Below are positions 49,771-59,479 of a DNA stretch of 64,000 bases, piece by piece (the first letter of the stretch is position 1; each line of letters opens with the position of its first letter). A program made the position numbers and the translations under genes. Under the pieces are notes generated by a model. That model saw only the letters and a list, made by a program, of their open reading frames with translations, was not told the origin of the DNA and did not search any database. The DNA is taken from NCBI GenBank assembly GCA_965222225.1, contig CBDCTK010000002.1:5056850-5120849 (forward strand). The letters are read 5' to 3'. This DNA comes from Candidatus Poribacteria bacterium (lineage in GTDB: Bacteria > Poribacteria > WGA-4E > JAJDTR01).

Positions 49771-50226
49771 ATGAGTAGACTCTGGAGGCTAACCTTGAAC
49801 GAGGTCAAATACACAACTACACATGAATGGATTGAAGTTACAGATAATGAAGGAGTTGCTGGAATCACTGAACGTGCGCAACTCATTTACGGGGATATCA
49901 TTTTCGTAGATTTACCACCCGTTAACGAGGACTTTGAGCAAGACGATGTAATCGGTAGAGTCGAAGTTGTAGACGGCGATTCGTTCCCCATCCATGCGCC
50001 AATTACGGGCGAAATCAGAGCCGTCAACACTGTCCTTGAAGATGCCCCGGATGTCATCAACCGTTCTCCGGAGGGCGATGGCTGGATTTGTAAAATGAGC
50101 GTTGAGAGTTCAAAAGAACTGGATGTGTTGATGGATGCGAAAGAGTACGACACCTATGAAGAGGAAGAACCCGATGAAGATGTGCTGAGCGAGACTGACT
50201 TTTACGACCTCAAGGATGATTATTGA
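49771..50226 (+). CDS. glycine cleavage H-protein-like protein lacking the lipoyl lysine
   Basis: KYT..HEW, GIT..AQ...GDI.FVDLP, APITGE...VN, N.SP.GDGWI; the ES-V-K motif reads EVVD. Confidence 0.8.
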   Translation: MSRLWRLTLNEVKYTTTHEWIEVTDNEGVAGITERAQLIYGDIIFVDLPPVNEDFEQDDVIGRVEVVDGDSFPIHAPITGEIRAVNTVLEDAPDVINRSPEGDGWICKMSVESSKELDVLMDAKEYDTYEEEEPDEDVLSETDFYDLKDDY

Positions 50227-50390
50227 GAACGATTTCTTTATCAATTAGCCGGAAGAGGCTTGTGCCCATTTGACGATAGCAACAATCTTCAATCATCAAA
50301 TCACTGATTTCCATCCCTTTCTTTTCGTTGCACATCCGATCCGAGCCGAGGTGCAGATGCTTCTATAACCCGAAATTAAATACGATTGTC

Positions 50391-51338
50391 CTACCCCAAT
50401 CTCGGCATGTTTCCGGTTGAGGTGATGAAGATTTTACGAACCATCGTATGTTTGCGCGCTGGCACAACGTTCTCAATACAATATCCTAAATCAGCAAGTT
50501 CGCGGTTCAGGTCTCGGGTGTGAATCAAACCTGCTCTGGGGGCAAGTTGACGAATTCGCCCCAGAATTTCTCTGTCTACCGTCATGTCCTTGGCAAGTCC
50601 GATTCCGTAGGGGAAATCTGTGATCGCCACGTCATATCGCCCGCTTATCAGACGAGCGTCGCCGAGGTGAACCTCCGCGCTCAAACCGAAATGCTTCAGA
50701 TTCTTTCGCGTTGCTCCCACCATGCGTACGTTGATGTCATAGCCGACAGCATTTATCCCCATCTGTGCAGCTTCCAGTATAATCGTACCCGTGCCGCAAC
50801 ACGGATCAAGGAGGCGGTCACCGGGTGAGGCGGTTAGATTGACAATCGCTCTAGCGAGCCTGGAAGGCAAGGAACTTGAGGTCACGTGTGGACGCTTGTT
50901 GTGGGCAATCCATCGTCCATCCGATTCCGAAAGTAACTTCCCAAACCAGATTTTCTCGTCCGTTACAACGGTCAAAAATGTGACTCGCGGCATGTCCAGA
51001 TGAGGTCTCCCGCCAATTTCCGCACCTACCTTGTGTGCAATCTGGAGGCTATTCACCTCTAATTTGTGCGGCAACTTAACGACGGACACTCGAAAATCAT
51101 CAGCGTATAGGCTCGCTGTTCTTATCTTCGTACAAATTTCCGAAATGCTTCCACCTTCGAACAGAAGTTCCGAACAACTCCTCACGTATGCGCCGCGGCT
51201 GACATCAGTGCATTTCGACGAAATGGCAAGCCCGTGCAGATTTGGAGCAGATTCAGTCAGGGCGAGGCATTCCGCGTTGATTATCTCGGCGTCTACGCCG
51301 GGAATAGCTGTCAAATAGAAATACCGCTTCAAGGACAT
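50391..51338 (-). CDS. Trm11/UPF0020-like RNA methyltransferase
   Basis: SSLPSRLARAIVNL, LLDPCCGTGTI, GYDIN, ITDFPYG. Confidence 0.75.
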   Translation of the reverse strand: MSLKRYFYLTAIPGVDAEIINAECLALTESAPNLHGLAISSKCTDVSRGAYVRSCSELLFEGGSISEICTKIRTASLYADDFRVSVVKLPHKLEVNSLQIAHKVGAEIGGRPHLDMPRVTFLTVVTDEKIWFGKLLSESDGRWIAHNKRPHVTSSSLPSRLARAIVNLTASPGDRLLDPCCGTGTIILEAAQMGINAVGYDINVRMVGATRKNLKHFGLSAEVHLGDARLISGRYDVAITDFPYGIGLAKDMTVDREILGRIRQLAPRAGLIHTRDLNRELADLGYCIENVVPARKHTMVRKIFITSTGNMPRLG

Positions 51339-51584
51339 TATCTAGATTCCTATTGATGGGGCGAGGAGGAAGATGGTATCATACCTTCCTAGATTCACCA
51401 CGGTGCAATTTTTAGTGTATCGTCATCCAACCCGAGTTGCTGTCTATCCGTTCACAATCAGAATCTGATGGGCAAGCCGCCTTTCATTGCAAGTCATACA
51501 TATATTGGATTCTATGACACGGAATCTAAGAAAGCCAATCAACCTGGTGATTAACACCGCCTAAGGTAGTAACAGGAGTTTCAA

Positions 51585-52427
51585 ATGTCAGAAACACAAC
51601 AGATACGAATCGGTCATAGTCCCGATTCCGATGATGCTTTTATGTTTTATGCGCTTGCCAAGGGGCTTATCCCGACAAATGGCATTGACGTGGTTCATGT
51701 CGTTGAGGACATTGAGAGCTTAAACCGCCGCGCGCTAAATGCGGAGCTTGAGGTCACGGCGATTTCAGCCCATGCCTACGCTTATGTGGCAGACAATTAT
51801 GCCCTCACACCGTGCGGCGCAAGCATCGGGGACAGGTATGGCCCTCTGGTTGTTTCTAGGGAGCCGATGAATCGTGAGGAACTAGCCGGCAAGAAGATAG
51901 CGATTCCCGGAAAGTTGACGACCGCCTTCCTCACACTGAGTCTCTACCAACCCGATTTTCAACCGGAGACAGTGCGTTTCGATCAGATTTTAACCCATGT
52001 CGAGGAAGGAAAAGCCGACGCCGGGTTGATTATCCATGAAGGGCAGCTAACATACGCACGTATGGGGCTACACAAAGTGATGGATCTTGGGAAATGGTGG
52101 CATGAAGAAACGAGATTGCCGCTCCCGCTTGGTGCTAACGCCATTCGACGCGACCTAGGAGACGATAAGATTCGGCAAATTACGACGTTGCTCAAAAAGA
52201 GCATTCAGTATTCTCTCGATCACCGTAAAAAGGGGCTTGAGTACGCCATGACCTACGCGCGGGACATGGAGACTGATCTCGCCGACAAATTTGTGGGGAT
52301 GTACGTGAACGAGTATACCCTTGATTACGGTGAAACAGGTAGAGCCGGGGTTCGTGAATTGCTTCGTCGCGGATATGAATCTGGAGTGATTCCTCATCCA
52401 GTTGAGGTTGAGTTCGTTGAAATCTGA
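51585..52427 (+). CDS. mqnD: 1,4-dihydroxy-6-naphthoate synthase (futalosine menaquinone pathway)
   Basis: GHSPDSDDAFMFYAL, DIESLN, G.SIG..YGP, IIHEGQLTY, LPLPLG. Confidence 0.9.
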   Translation: MSETQQIRIGHSPDSDDAFMFYALAKGLIPTNGIDVVHVVEDIESLNRRALNAELEVTAISAHAYAYVADNYALTPCGASIGDRYGPLVVSREPMNREELAGKKIAIPGKLTTAFLTLSLYQPDFQPETVRFDQILTHVEEGKADAGLIIHEGQLTYARMGLHKVMDLGKWWHEETRLPLPLGANAIRRDLGDDKIRQITTLLKKSIQYSLDHRKKGLEYAMTYARDMETDLADKFVGMYVNEYTLDYGETGRAGVRELLRRGYESGVIPHPVEVEFVEI

Positions 52428-52439
52428 TCTCGTGATTCG

Positions 52440-52554
52440 GTCGGGAATGCCGTAGGTGGGCATTCCGATGCCCGACAGTAGGAATTGAATTAAGGCTATC
52501 GCCTTGGGATTTCTATCACATTCGACATTCGCTCAGTTAATCGATAGAAATCCC
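52440..52554. repeat. GTAG-type REP plus GGGATTTCTATC inverted-repeat unit between convergent mqnD and queC
   Basis: GTCGGG...GTAGGTGGGCATTCCGATGCCCGAC; perfect 12-bp IR GGGATTTCTATC (52506) / GATAGAAATCCC (52543-52554). Confidence 0.7.
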
Positions 52555-52606
52555 TCCGTGATGATTAAACGCCCGTTTCCCCTCTTCGGTCCTTTCGTGC
52601 CTATCC

Positions 52607-53305
52607 TCACTGGCCACTGCTTTGGTACTCTGTCGGATCGGAGATGCCTGCCTCAATGAATCCCTTCTTCCTCAGGAGACAGCTATCACAAGTGCCGCAA
52701 GCTCTACCTAGATCGTCCGGATCGTAACAACTAAGAGTCAGCCCGTAATCAACGCCGAGTTCCGCACCCTTTTTGATGATTTCCGCCTTGGTCATTAAGA
52801 TGAGCGGGGTCAGAATCTTGAGTTGCGTTTTTCCCTCCACGCCCGCCTTTGTCGCGAAATCCGCCATTCGCTGATATGCCTCAATATATTCGGGCCTGCA
52901 GTCCGGATAGCCGCTATAATCAAGCGCGTTGACGCCGATAAAGATTGTGTCCGCCTCCAACGTCTCCGCCCAAGCAAGCGCAAAGGATAGAAAGATTGTA
53001 TTCCGAGCCGGAACATACGTAACCGGTATACCTGTTCCCATCTCCTCTTGCGAACGGTCTCGCGGAACTTCTATATCATCGGTCAACGCGGAGCCACCGA
53101 ACGATCGCAAATCAATGTCAACGACGGTATGTTTCTTCACACCCATGCTTGCGGCAATCTGTTTTGCTCTCTCAAACTCAAGTGCATGACGTTGGCCATA
53201 TCGAAAACTCATTGCATACACTTCATATCCCTGCGATTTGGCGATTGCAAGCGTGGTCGTTGAATCAATGCCTCCGCTCAAGAGGACAATAGCCTTCTTT
53301 TCCAA
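52607..53305 (-). CDS. queC: 7-cyano-7-deazaguanine synthase
   Basis: [36 protein letters not shown]...CG.CDSC..R; TTG start after GAGGAGG. Confidence 0.95.
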   Translation of the reverse strand: MEKKAIVLLSGGIDSTTTLAIAKSQGYEVYAMSFRYGQRHALEFERAKQIAASMGVKKHTVVDIDLRSFGGSALTDDIEVPRDRSQEEMGTGIPVTYVPARNTIFLSFALAWAETLEADTIFIGVNALDYSGYPDCRPEYIEAYQRMADFATKAGVEGKTQLKILTPLILMTKAEIIKKGAELGVDYGLTLSCYDPDDLGRACGTCDSCLLRKKGFIEAGISDPTEYQSSGQ

Positions 53306-53491
53306 TCTGAATTCCTCCTCTTCTCTATGCACCTTGACGTTATGCCAATTACCCTGCATTAGTCTATCCACAAACCAAAGCCAATGTCAACCATTCAAGT
53401 ACAGTGTCGTCAACCGGGGATTGCTCCTACTGACCACTGACCACTACTTCCCACTTCCATCTTTCCATCCTCATGTGTTATCATATTGGGA

Positions 53492-53865
53492 GCTTGAGTT
53501 GGGTAGATGATCGCGTTTCGAGAAATCGGGATGAGGAAAGTCCGGACTCCGTAGGGCGGGATGCTGGGTAACACCCAGGAGCGGCGACGCTATGGAAAGT
53601 GCAACAGAAAGCAGACTACAACGCATCGCGCGTTGTACAGGTGAAACGGTGTGGTAAAAGCGCACCAGTCCCGGTGGAGACACCGGGAGCTTGGCAAACC
53701 CCATCCGGAGCAAGGCTAAATAGGAGGACATTGCAGGCGCGCCCGCCTCGTCCTCGGGTAAAGCCGCTTGAGGTCGGTGGCGACACCGATCCCAGATGAA
53801 TGACCATCACCCTGATGAGCGAAAGCGAATCGGGGAACAGAATCCGGCTTATTCCCAGCTCAAGC
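53492..53865 (+). ncRNA. rnpB: RNase P RNA, class A
   Basis: GAGGAAAGTCCGGACT, GGAAAGTGCAACAGAAA, GGTGAAACGG, GGCAAACCCC, ACAGAATCCGGCTTA; P1 GCTTGAGTTGGG/CCCAGCTCAAGC; extended -10 TGtTATCAT upstream. Confidence 0.97.
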
Positions 53866-53964
53866 GCCCTTCTAATTAAAGTTGAACAATCTCCGAATCA
53901 CGATGGTCGGGAATTGGAATTCCCTTCTACATGCGACATTTTGACGCAAAACTTAGGATATAAC

Positions 53965-55684
53965 ATGAAGAAAATAATCGTTATAGTAATAACAGTCGGT
54001 TTATTACTCTTGTTTTTGGCGGGAAACTATTCTCACGCCGCAGATGGCGACCTCAACGGCGATGGCGTCGTGAATATCCTGGATCTGGTGATTATCGCTT
54101 CACACTTCGGCGAGAGAATTGACGCAACACAGATGCCGTCCCCGGATGTCAACGGTGACGGCACCGTGAACATCCTAGACTTGGTATACGTTGCCAACCT
54201 AATCGGGAGTTCAGACCCTGCTGCGGTTACAAGCCTCATCTTTGGGCGTGGGGGTGACTCACTCACGCTCGACCCCGCACTGGTGCTTGACGGGGAATCG
54301 GCAAAAGTTTGTGATATGCTCTATGATACGCGTATCCAGTATCGGCTTGATACAACCGATATTTCGCCCGGTTTAGCCGAAGCATGGGAGAGTTCCGCCG
54401 ATGGATTGACGTGGACATTTCACCTACGCCAAGGTGTCCAATTTCACGACGGCACACCGTTAGACGCGGATGCGGTTGTCTTCTCACTCACGCGTCCAAA
54501 GGTGGTGTTGCGTGATTTTCACGCTGAATTCCTCAACCAGATCATCGCACTAGATACCTTTACGGTGCAAGTTCAGCTTAAAACCTCTTATGCCCCCTTT
54601 ATTAGCACGTTGACGGGGACATCGTTTTCTATCGTGAGTCCGGCAGCAGTTCAACACTTTGGCGATCGTTTTGGAGACGGTAACGCGGTCGGCACTGGAC
54701 CCTTCAAGTTTGTGCAATGGAATAAGGGCGACCAAATCGTGCTTGAGGCAAACGATACACATTGGGCAGGACGACCGCCACTTGATAGGTTTGTCTCCGT
54801 TCTATTCCGGATAACTCCGTAAGGCTCATGGAGCTTCAGGGGGGTAACATTCACGCGATGGAATTCCCGAACCCTGAAGAGATACCGCTGATTGAAGGCG
54901 ATCCGCAGCTTGAACTTATCAAGCAATCCAGTTTGAATATCGGATACTTGGCGATGAACTTCCACAAACCTCCTTTTGACAACCTCAAAGTAAGGCTTGC
55001 GATAAACCACGCCATAAACAAGACCGAGATTATCGATCGCTTGTATCAAGGTACAGGCATCCCGGCTAAAAATCCGATACCGCCCGCACTCTGGAGTTAC
55101 GACGATACTATTGAGGATTACGAATACAATCCGGAACTAGCGAAGCAACTTCTCGCGGAGGCAGGCTATCCCGACGGGTTTGAGACAACGCTATGGGCGT
55201 TGCCGGTTCCGCGTCCTTACATTCCAAACGGCATGGCGCTGGCGGAAGCGCTCCAAGCTGACCTCCGCAAAAGGTTGGGGTTGAGACAACAATAGTAACT
55301 TACGACTGGGGCACGTATCTGGAGAAAACAGAAAACGGCGGGCATGATATGGCGATGCTAGGATGGATTGCCGACGAGGGCGACCCCGACAACTTTTTCT
55401 ACTATCTTCTGAGCAAGACCTACGCTGAGCAACCCGCATTTAATATCGCCTTTTATCGAAGCGATGAGATGCAGGATGTTCTAGAGCGAGCCAGAACGAG
55501 CACTGATCGGGCGGAACGAACCGAACTTTACCGGCAAGCGCAGGCGATATTCCACAGAGATGCGCCGTGGGTGCCGTTGGCACATGCCCAACGATTATTG
55601 GTTATTGACAAGCGGGTGAAGAATCTCAGGCTTTCGCCGGTAGGGTGGAAATACCTTCGCAACCTATCCCTGGAATCCCCATAG
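53965..55684 (+). pseudogene. dockerin-like + family-5 (DppA-like) solute-binding protein, two frameshifts
   Basis: Signal peptide; two DxNGDG.VNILDLV repeats; SBP_bac_5 motifs (W.F.LR.GV.FHDG, GTGPF, VR.AINHAIN); frames break near 54796 and 55270. Confidence 0.8.
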
Positions 55685-55708
55685 GTGCCCAATTCTGGAT
55701 ACCGCGCT

Positions 55709-55743
55709 GTAGGAGGGCATACCGATACCCGACATCCTCCTAC
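55709..55743. repeat. GTAG-type REP
   Basis: GTAGGAGGGCATACCGATACCCGACATCCTCCTAC; related copies at 52452 and 57441. Confidence 0.65.
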
Positions 55744-57396
55744 CTAATAGAACCGCCACTTCTCATCGTCATAGTAGAACATCAAGATAGGTTTGAGCAG
55801 CTTGTTAAGCTTGGTCTCGACTTCGGCGACATCCTTCGCAAATTGGAACATTGCACCAACGAAATCGTCAGTGAGAAAGTTCGTCTCAACCGTCAGGCGA
55901 ATGGCTTCGACATCACAAGGCATTTTGGAAGCAAGATTGAACCCCCAATTCCCCATTGATGGTACCTCTGCGTGATAAGCGTAGGTATGCCACCCCGCCT
56001 CTTCTATCGACTGATGAATGCACCAGAACGCTCGACGTGCGAAGAACGGTGATGTGCTCTGGGTCACCATCGTACCGCCAGAGTTGAGTATGTCGCCGAC
56101 CAGCTTATAAAATGCGACGCTGTAAAGTTTCGATAAGCCCTCGTCGTTTGGATCTGGCAAATCAATGATAACCACATCAAATGTCTGATTTGCGCGTTCG
56201 CGTTCGACGAATATGTAGGCGTCTTCATTGACTATCGTAACTTTCGGATGCGAGAGCGAGCCGCCATTAAGCGCCACAATTGCATTGTGGCTGCTGCAAA
56301 CTTCTGTAATCTCGGGGTCAATATCCACCACGAGGATGCGCTGCACCTCCGCGTATTTAAGTACCTCCCGCGTTGCCAAACCATCACCACCGCCGAGGAT
56401 TAACACGTTCTCGCGGTTGTTGGCGAGCGTCATTGCAGGGTGAACAAGGGCCTCGTGGTATCGGAACTCGTCAACCGAGCTGAATTGTAGCTGCATATCA
56501 ATGTAAAGTCTGACATCCCCACCCCGGTTAATGACCTTTATCTGACGGGAATCGGCAGTTGGCGGTTCCGACAGGATTTCTGTTGACGCGCTTCGCTCTG
56601 TCACGACAATCTTCTGATATTTTGATTGTTTCGAAAAAAGAATACGATGATGGTAGAGATTACTTTCTAGCCAAACACCGATGGGGCCACCGTAAGCAGA
56701 AGCAACCGCAAGACAACCGCCAGCAAACACAACGGTTACCACCACGCCGGCTCTCTTTTCAATATCAGTCCAGTAATGAAGGAGCACAAGTCCGGCGACA
56801 AGAACATTGACCAATCCGATGATGAAAGCGGTTTGGATTAAACCGGTGTACTTCAATAGTAGGAGTGGAAAGGCGATAGAGCCGATTAACGCTCCAACAT
56901 AATCAAAAGCAAGCACGTTGGCAAGCGTGACCCGCAAGGACTCGTATTGGGCGACAATTCGCGTCAGAATCGGGATTTCCAAGCCTACAAGCGTCCCGAT
57001 TGCCATAATAAGCGTGAACATCACCGCAAGATACCCTACCGTAGACTCAACGATGATGTAGGCGCTGAAGAGAATTACGGACGACACCCCGCCCAGTACG
57101 CCGATGATTGTCTCAATCAGGATGAATCGGTTTACGAGATAACGATCGACGAATTTTGACAGGAAAGAGCCCAATCCCATTGAACTCATGAATAGTCCAA
57201 TGGTAATCGAAAATTGGTAGACGCTGTTGCCAAGAAGGTACGACGATACGGCGGCGATAATGATTTCATAGATTATCGCGCATATTGAAATGAGGGAAAC
57301 GGCGAGAAGTAGTACCAGGATAGCCCGTCTACTACTTGCATTGATGGTATTGGCAGGTACTTCCGAATTATCAGGGTTGTCTGTCTGCGTGGTCAT
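55744..57396 (-). CDS. speE: membrane-anchored polyamine aminopropyltransferase (spermidine synthase)
   Basis: N-terminal multi-TM domain; YHEALVHP, LILGGGDGL, VDIDP, IDLPDP. Confidence 0.9.
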   Translation of the reverse strand: MTTQTDNPDNSEVPANTINASSRRAILVLLLAVSLISICAIIYEIIIAAVSSYLLGNSVYQFSITIGLFMSSMGLGSFLSKFVDRYLVNRFILIETIIGVLGGVSSVILFSAYIIVESTVGYLAVMFTLIMAIGTLVGLEIPILTRIVAQYESLRVTLANVLAFDYVGALIGSIAFPLLLLKYTGLIQTAFIIGLVNVLVAGLVLLHYWTDIEKRAGVVVTVVFAGGCLAVASAYGGPIGVWLESNLYHHRILFSKQSKYQKIVVTERSASTEILSEPPTADSRQIKVINRGGDVRLYIDMQLQFSSVDEFRYHEALVHPAMTLANNRENVLILGGGDGLATREVLKYAEVQRILVVDIDPEITEVCSSHNAIVALNGGSLSHPKVTIVNEDAYIFVERERANQTFDVVIIDLPDPNDEGLSKLYSVAFYKLVGDILNSGGTMVTQSTSPFFARRAFWCIHQSIEEAGWHTYAYHAEVPSMGNWGFNLASKMPCDVEAIRLTVETNFLTDDFVGAMFQFAKDVAEVETKLNKLLKPILMFYYDDEKWRFY

Positions 57397-57440
57397 AAAG
57401 ATCGGATATTGAACCTCTTTGGTTTCTAACAGGTCGCGTG

Positions 57441-57593
57441 GTAGGAGGGAACTCCGATTTCCGACGGTAGCGATTCGGTGCTCGTTCCTACAGATAATCA
57501 AAGAAAGCGGAAAAAGGCTATCGGAATCTCTATGGGATTTCTATCGCGCTCCTTATTATTCAGTCGCTTGATCGATTCGGAAATCGCTCCTAC
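57441..57593. repeat. REP composite between DUF2617 and speE
   Basis: GTAGGAGGG...CCGAC, CCTACAG, GGGATTTCTATCG...TTGATC (57534), GCTCCTAC. Confidence 0.6.
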
Positions 57594-57601
57594 TTTCACC
57601 C

Positions 57602-58168
57602 CTATCGAATTCCGTCCTTTCCGGCGATCTCAATCGTCGATTGTGTAACCACTACGGCAGGCGCCTCAACATAGGAATGAAAAGTCTTCAACTCAAGCCC
57701 AGTTTCATCGGCCTTCAGCACATCAATCACCGTGATAGGTGTTTCCGCCATATCTTCTCGCGTTGGAAAACAGTGGCGCAATCGGAACAGTATGCTCTCA
57801 TTGGGTGGCGTCGGTTCATTTAGTAGAAAATCCCCCCCTGGAGCGTCCAACAGTTGTAGTTCTACGCGATAATTGAATTCGTCGGCGACCCGAAAATGGT
57901 AACAATGGTCCCCAAAAGCACGAATAAGCTTAACTCTGCCATCCGAAGGGAGTACGTTAGAGCCGCCGGAGATGACCTCTGCCATGGACCCCTGTTCCGT
58001 TTCCACGTTGACAACATGACTGCTGCCGATAATCCAGAAATCGGCTCGGTATGAGACTTGCTCAATGGACCGCTGTTCAAAGATGCGAAATAAATTTGGC
58101 TCTAGTCGCCGCTCGTAGAGACCGAAACGTAGATTCGCAATGTCTTGTCCGACATAGACGCTTTGCAA
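57602..58168 (-). CDS. DUF2617 family protein
   Basis: IIGSSHVV, TFHSY....V.TQS; upstream of speE, as is typical for this family. Confidence 0.65.
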   Translation of the reverse strand: MQSVYVGQDIANLRFGLYERRLEPNLFRIFEQRSIEQVSYRADFWIIGSSHVVNVETEQGSMAEVISGGSNVLPSDGRVKLIRAFGDHCYHFRVADEFNYRVELQLLDAPGGDFLLNEPTPPNESILFRLRHCFPTREDMAETPITVIDVLKADETGLELKTFHSYVEAPAVVVTQSTIEIAGKDGIR

Positions 58169-58409
58169 TCGTATCCACTCCCAGTAGTGCTGTCTTCAGC
58201 CCTTGTCCTATTGCCGCGGATTGTATAAATCAACCGCCTTACTTACCTTCTCGGAAGTTGGGATACATAAATTAAACGTTAACAAAATGTGAAAAACGTC
58301 AATTTTTCTCCGAACAATTTCCGCACTCATTTGCCAAAGGAAGCAGTTACGACAGAACATTGTGAAACACTATCGTTTAACTTAATCCATAAGGAAAGGA
58401 ATAAAAAAA

Positions 58410-58964
58410 TTGAAAACCAGAACTGTAGTCACCATCTGCATCGCTCTTCTCACCGTAGGCATCATGGCATCAACCGCGTTTTCGCGCGGCGGTCCCTCGC
58501 ATGGAAAAGACAAGAAGGGATTTCACCTCAAATCCAAAATGATGAAAATGCTCTCCGAAGAGCAGGGCCAACAATTGAAGTCACTGAAGGTTGATCACGC
58601 GAAACAAATTCTGCCGCTAAAAGCGGAAATGCAGGTCAAGCGTTTGGAACTTAACCAACTTTGGAGTGCGGACGAACTTGATGAAGGCGCAATCCTCGCC
58701 AAGTCTGATGAAATACTGGCAATAGGAACAAAGATTCGTCAAGCCGCGACTCGCCACAAACTTGAGACTGCTAAACTACTAACGAAAGAACAGCGTGAAG
58801 CGTTGATGAAAGCTCGCCACTTTGGCGATGGTTACAAGAAAAAAGGGCACGGATTTCGAGGTAGACGGCATCACAGAGATTCGGACGAGGAACGCGAAAT
58901 GCGTCACCGTGACCGACACGAACGTCGGAACCATAAAAACGCAGAAGATTCGGATGATGAATAA
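58410..58964 (+). CDS. Spy/CpxP-like periplasmic protein with His/Arg/Asp-rich tail
   Basis: Signal peptide; LSEEQ and LTKEQR LTxxQ motifs; helical heptads. Confidence 0.75.
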   Translation: MKTRTVVTICIALLTVGIMASTAFSRGGPSHGKDKKGFHLKSKMMKMLSEEQGQQLKSLKVDHAKQILPLKAEMQVKRLELNQLWSADELDEGAILAKSDEILAIGTKIRQAATRHKLETAKLLTKEQREALMKARHFGDGYKKKGHGFRGRRHHRDSDEEREMRHRDRHERRNHKNAEDSDDE

Positions 58965-59024
58965 ACTCGGTTGCATAGGGCGATGGAAACATCAACGCCT
59001 AACCGCTACTCCAAATCAAATAAG

Positions 59025-59060
59025 ACCCCCGTACATGTTGGATGTACGGGGGTTTTTTGT
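59025..59060 (+). terminator. intrinsic terminator
   Basis: ACCCCCGTACAT-gttgg-ATGTACGGGGGT followed by TTTTTGT. Confidence 0.85.
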
Positions 59061-59109
59061 TCTAGCATCAGCTCCATTGAACCGGCATGTCGAGATCTCT
59101 TGATACGCA

Positions 59110-59418
59110 CTACAGAATGACACCATCCGCTAACGAGGTGCCGTTATTAATTTCACTTCTCATGTTCCCCATCCCGGAAGCGTCATCGTCCAAACCCGTA
59201 AGCCTTACAGCGCCAATCCCCAGAAATACCAGATTACGCTCCGACTCTCGAATAGCCCAGCCGTGATCGTGCCAGTGCACGCCATCTTCCGAGGTCGCCA
59301 CGCCGAACCCTTCGCCGGCGCTGCGCTCCGTAATTAGATAGTAAAGATAATAGGTTCCCTCATGATAGTATGCCCATGTGTCCCAATGTGCCTTTACGTT
59401 GTCAGATTTGAAAATCAT
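59110..59418 (-). pseudogene. N-terminal fragment of a GH32/GH43-like beta-propeller hydrolase
   Basis: WDTW.Y...GTYYLYY...ATSEDGVHW first blade only; similarity is lost afterwards. Confidence 0.55.
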
Positions 59419-59479
59419 CCGCTAGAGCCAGCTCTCCGTTGTCCGACTACATTTCAAATGTGTGGCGAATCACTACATC

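Noticed and set aside
53306-53470. preQ1 riboswitch upstream of queC
   Set aside because: No recognisable preQ1 aptamer or A-rich tail; the region holds short CTGACCA tandem repeats and the divergent rnpB promoter.
53800-53964. N-terminal extension of the SBP ORF given by the track
   Set aside because: It overlaps the rnpB 3' end; the signal peptide starts at ATG 53965.
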